DNA from: Saccostrea echinata
Taxonomy: Eukaryota
DNA: 64,000 bases
Assembly (NCBI RefSeq): GCF_033153115.1
Contig: NW_026889757.1
Coordinates: 6,696,001-6,760,000, forward strand
Reading direction: 5' to 3'
In this document: piece after piece, positions 59,390 to 64,000 of the stretch
Layout of the letters: the number at the start of each line of letters is the position of its first letter
Position numbering within the stretch: position 1 is the stretch's first letter
Translations under genes and position numbers: made by a program
The notes under the pieces: generated by a model
Database searches by the model: none
What the model was told of the DNA's origin: nothing
The model's input: only the letters and a program-made list of their open reading frames with translations

Positions 59390-62300
59390 ATGTCTAAAAC
59401 AACTGAAAATTTAATATCAGTTTCAGTCATGATAAATTTCACCAGGTAATTATATATGATGTCATACATATTTTATATGCGCGACGCCTGATATTTACAT
59501 ACTAATCCCCCCCCCCCCCTTAAAATTATAAGAAGCTGAAATAAAATTCTTTTTTAAATGTTTCTTGTAATTGAATATGTGTTCTTGTCTCTGCTGAACG
59601 AAACTGAAATACCGGATTTTGGGAAGGAGGCTGTTAAAAGTGTGGTAAGTGCAGCTATTAAATATGAAAAACCCACAGAAGGGGGGAGGGGGCTACAAAG
59701 TACACGAAGGAATCAAACTTTGTTGCTAGGTGTATAAAGTAAAGTAATAATTCATATTGCATAAGGATTCATGCTTTCATGGTTTATTTCCAGGATGAGA
59801 AATTGGCCATTCTTAAATTTCACTATAGCTGGGCTGAAATGGTAGAAAAGGTGGAAGAGGAGAAATTAAAGGAAGAAAAGGTGAGATATACCATAAAAGT
59901 CTCTCTCCCAAAATGTTGTTCTCGTTTTTCTGATTAATTGGTTCTTAAAATTTTGTTCCTCAAATCTGGAGAAAGGGGGTTTTTACTGAAAATGCATTTC
60001 ACTCTGGAAATAGCGATTTTCCCCTCAAATTTTTCTTTGATAATCAAAACCACGTTTTTAACATTTCCTAAATAATGTTTCGAATTATTAAAAATCAATG
60101 CACATTTACTTTTGTAGAATGAAACCCAACTGAATTTCGGGGAAGAGACTAAGAAAACTGTGGTAGGTGATTTTTTTTATTTACCACATTTGGAATTGTG
60201 TACAGGAGTTGAAAGGGAATCAGTTATTTATTTTTAAATTGGTTAACTTTTAGGAAGAACATATGGTCATTCTGAATTTAAAAGATGTGAAAGTTAAAAA
60301 GAAGGATGAAAAAATAAAGACAAAAGCAAAACAACGAACAGATATTAAACCGAAGAAAATGAGAACAAAGAAGAATAAATTAAGAAAGGAAAGAGAAGAG
60401 GAAAACTTTAAGAAAGAGATATTGAAAAAGCAAGTGGAGATGTTGAAAATGGAGAGATTAAACACAAATGGGAAAACGAGGGAAAATAGAAAAGATAAAT
60501 TAGGGACAAAAGGGAAAAATAAACAGGAATCAGGAACAGAAAAAGAGGAGATCAAGCTAAAAACAGAAAGGATGGAGGCGAAATCAGAGGCTGACAAAGC
60601 AGTGATAAAATCAGAGAGAGAGAAAAAAGAGAGATTCGTCTGAGGCTGAACAAAAGCTTGAAAAGTGGGACGCAAAAAAGAAGGGGAAAACAAAAGAAGG
60701 CAAAGAGGAGAAAATATCAGAGATAGAAAAAGATATGAAAACAAAGAAGACAGAAACACCAGAGAAAGAGAAAGATAGATCAGTTACAGAAGAGAAGATA
60801 GATTCATCAGAAGTAGACAAGATGGAAGAGAAGTCAGATACAGGAGAGATTATAGACACGTCAGAGAAAGACAAAGTGGAGAAGTCAGATACGGAAAAAA
60901 TGATAGACACTTCAGAAGTAAACAAGGTAGGGGAGAAGTCAGATACAGAGGAGAAAATAAACACATCAGAGAAAGGCAAAGAGAAGCCAGATACAGAAGA
61001 AATGATAGACACATCAGAGAAAGACAAGGTGGAGGAGAAGTTGGAAACAGAAGAAATGATAGACACATCAGAAGTAAACAAGGTGGGGGAGAAAATAAAC
61101 ACATCAGAGAAATACAAGGTGGAGGAGAAGTCTGACACAGAAGAAATGATAGACACATTAGAGGTAGACAAAATGAAGAAGTCAGGTACAGTTAAGAAGA
61201 GAGACACATCAGAGAAAGGCAAAGAGGGTCCAGATACAGAAGAAATGATAGACACAGCAGAGAAAGACAAGGTGGAGGAAAAGTCTGACACAGAAGAAAT
61301 GGTAGACACTTCAGAGGTAGACAAAATGAAGGAGAAGTCAGGTACAGTTAAGAAGAGAGACACATCAGAGAAAGGCAAAGAGAATCCAGATACAGAAGAA
61401 ATGATAGACACAGCAGAGAAAGACAAGATGGAGGAGAAGTAGGAAACAGAAGAAATGATAGACACTTCAGAGGTAGACAAAATGAAGAAGTCAGGTACAG
61501 TTAAGAAGAGAGACACATCAGAGAAAGGCAAAGAAAAGACAGATACAGAAGAAATGATAGACACAGCAGAGAAAGACAAGATGGAGGAGAAGTCTGACAC
61601 AGAAGAAATGATAGACACTTCAGAGGTAGACAAAATGAAGAAGTCAAGTACAGTTAAGAAGAGAGACACATCAGAGAAAAACAAGGAGAAAGAGAAGTTA
61701 GACACAGAAGAGAAGATAGACACAGAAGAGAAAGACAAGATGGAGGAGAAGTCGGAAACAGAAGAAATGATAGACACTTCAGAGGTAGACAAAATCGAAG
61801 AGAAGTCAGGTACAGTTAAGAAGAGAGACACATCAGAGAAAACAAGGAGAAAGAGAAGTTAGACACAGAAGACACATCGGAAGTAGACAAGGTGGAAGCG
61901 AAGTCAGATACAGAAGAAAAGAGAAATATTACAAAAAGACAAGGAGAAAGAGACGTCAGATACAAAAAAGAAGATAGACAGATCAGAGGTTAACAAGATG
62001 GAAGAGAAGTCAGGCACAGAAAGGATGATAGACAGATCAGAAGAAGAGAAGGTAGAAGGGAAGTCTGATACAGAAGAAATTATAAACTCATCAGAGGTTA
62101 ACAAGGTGGAGGAGAGGTCAGATACAGAAGAGAAAATAAACACATCAGAGAAAGACAAGGAGAAAGAGAAGCCGGATACAGAAGAAATGATAGATACACC
62201 AGAGGAGGACAAAATGAAAGAGAAGTCAGGTACAGAAGGGAAGATAGACACATCAGAGAAAGGCAAGGAGGAAGAGAATTCACATTCAGAAGAAATGATA

Positions 62301-63192
62301 GATACACCAGAGGAAGACAAAATGGAAGAGAAGTCAGGTAATATTAAGAAGATAGACACATCAGGGAAAGACAAGGAGGAAGAAAAGCTGGATACGGAAG
62401 AAATGATAGATACACCAGAGGAAGACAAAATGGAAGAGAAGTCAGGTACAGAAGGGAAGATAGACACATCAGAGAAAGGCAAGGAGGAAGGAAAATCAGA
62501 CATAAATAAGAAGAAAGAAATTCCAGAAGCAGAGAAAGAGAAGAAAAAATCAGATGTATTAAAGAGGATAGAGCAATCAGAGGAAGACGGAAATGAAAAG
62601 GCATACATGGGAAATAAAATAGAGACATCAGATGCTGAAAAACAGGTGAAAAAAGAAGATGTAGAGAATAAGATTGATACTTCAAATGAAGAAAAAGAGG
62701 AAAAGTCGGCCATTGAAAATGAGATACAGATTTCAAAGGAAGAAAACCAGGAGGAAAAATTAAACAAAGAGATAGGGAAAGAGGAAAATTTAGAGACACG
62801 AAAAGAGGATGCAGAAACAGAGACAAAGAAGGAGGAAAAATTGCAAACAATCAAGGAAGAAAGAATGAAAGCAGGAAAAAAGGTGATAAATCTAGATATG
62901 GAGGTTGACATCAAGTACACCCAGGAAAGACAACCTTTCTGGTACAGCTTCCTCTGTGGAACATGTTTATCTGTGAGTACAAATTTCTTTCACTGAATCA
63001 CACTTCTCAATATGAAATATATGATTCATTTTTTGTTTTATTTAGAATACCTGTATATAATATGCTTGTAGTTTAATTTTTTAACACATATCTTTTCAGA
63101 AGAAGGAAAAGCAGAAGAAAAGGAAAGAAATAAAGAACAGAACAGAGAGAATGGGATTTTTGGAGAGGCTGAGAAAGCTTTTTAAGAATTAA
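59390..63192 (+). pseudogene. Glu/Lys/Asp/Thr-rich tandem-repeat protein gene, disrupted as assembled
   Basis: Clean phase-0 exons at 59794-59880, 60118-60162, 60254-62972 and 63100-63192 (TAA). Candidate upstream exons at 59390-59445 and 59597-59644. The large exon has frameshifts near 60620 and 61840 and an in-frame TAG at 61440-61442. Confidence 0.65.
60780..62500 (+). repeat. Coding minisatellite, ~48-54-nt units (TEEMIDTSEVDKMEEKSD-like)
   Basis: About 30 purine-rich units containing (AT/AG)AGACACATCAGAG-like cores, with higher-order periods of ~153 and ~108 nt. Confidence 0.92.
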
Positions 63193-63701
63193 CATAAATA
63201 TATTATACCAATGGCAGAATCATATATAAAAAAAATAATTTTTTTTTAATTTGTGAACCTATTTTCATACTTAGATTAAAAGTATTTCTAATTTCCTAAA
63301 CCTTTGTTTTATCTTTCTATCACTACAGTAACTCATTATGGTGTTTTCCCAAAGATTGAATTCAACTTACAATAAAAACAATTCTTGATTTGTTACATGA
63401 AACTAAAAAAGAGACATACTAAACATCACGGGTGGATACCATCATTGTTATTATGCAAACCACATCTCCACATTTGTCACTTTAATAGCTTAATGCTTAT
63501 TTCATTAGCCTCAATGTTTTGTTTTATTAAATCTTTGGCTAGGGTGGCTCACAAAATGTATGTCGAATTTTTTAAAAATTTAGACTAATTAAAATTAAGA
63601 AGATCTTTCTATTAGCGTTCGCAGTTCTTTTTCTTGCGATCATGGGATTTATTCAAGTATGCGTATTAAAGATATCAAATAGGCTATATCATCTATAAGG
63701 T

Positions 63702-63771
63702 GGCAGTTGGCAGTATAAGCAGTTGGCAGTAAGCAGCTGGCAGTGAGCAGTTAACAGTAAGCAGTTGGCTG
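63702..63771. repeat. 14-bp minisatellite (AGCAGTTGGCAGTA, ~5 units)
   Basis: GGCAGTTGGCAGTATAAGCAGTTGGCAGTAAGCAGCTGGCAGTGAGCAGTTAACAGTAAGCAGTTGG. Confidence 0.8.
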
Positions 63772-64000
63772 TCGCATATGGAATTCCATAAACCCACACA
63801 AATACTTATTTGAATTTTATGACTCTTATTTCAAGCAGTCCCGATCCCGACCTTCTCTAAGTTTTTTTCCCATATTTACAAACAGTCTCGCCACTGTAGG
63901 TCTTATCTGTTTCATAGGCTCTAAACTGATTATCTTAATTCATATAAAATATGAAACAACCCAAATAAGAAGTTTATCAGAAAATCGGCATTTTTATTTT

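Noticed and set aside
60250-62920. Long minus-strand Ser/Phe-rich ORFs (169, 406 and 338 aa) that look like membrane proteins
   Set aside because: Antisense shadows of the purine-rich repeat. The splice sites and terminal exon support the plus strand.

Overview
AT-rich, intron-rich animal DNA, most likely a bivalve (oyster-like), judged from Helentron-type non-autonomous elements carrying a ~163-bp satellite. Positions 3.3-19.5 kb are a near-identical 3565-bp tandem duplication. Each copy holds a mariner-like MITE with a nested satellite-bearing HINE and the start of FBXW4. The second copy also carries an intact, very young 9074-bp Ty3/Gypsy LTR retrotransposon, and the first copy preserves the empty site. 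Genes I could reconstruct exon by exon are FBXW4 (+, 9 coding exons, one GC-AG intron), CFAP43 (-, ~42 exons), RLIG1/C12orf29 (-, 7 exons) and a disrupted Glu/Lys-rich tandem-repeat gene (+). The strongest unexplained signal is ~48 copies of TACATGTA. At two sites the sequence shows it arose as a 6-bp insertion at TA, the pattern expected of Tc1/mariner excision footprints. The Gypsy LTR and leader also carry an apparent splicing architecture. All comparisons were made by eye; no searches were run.
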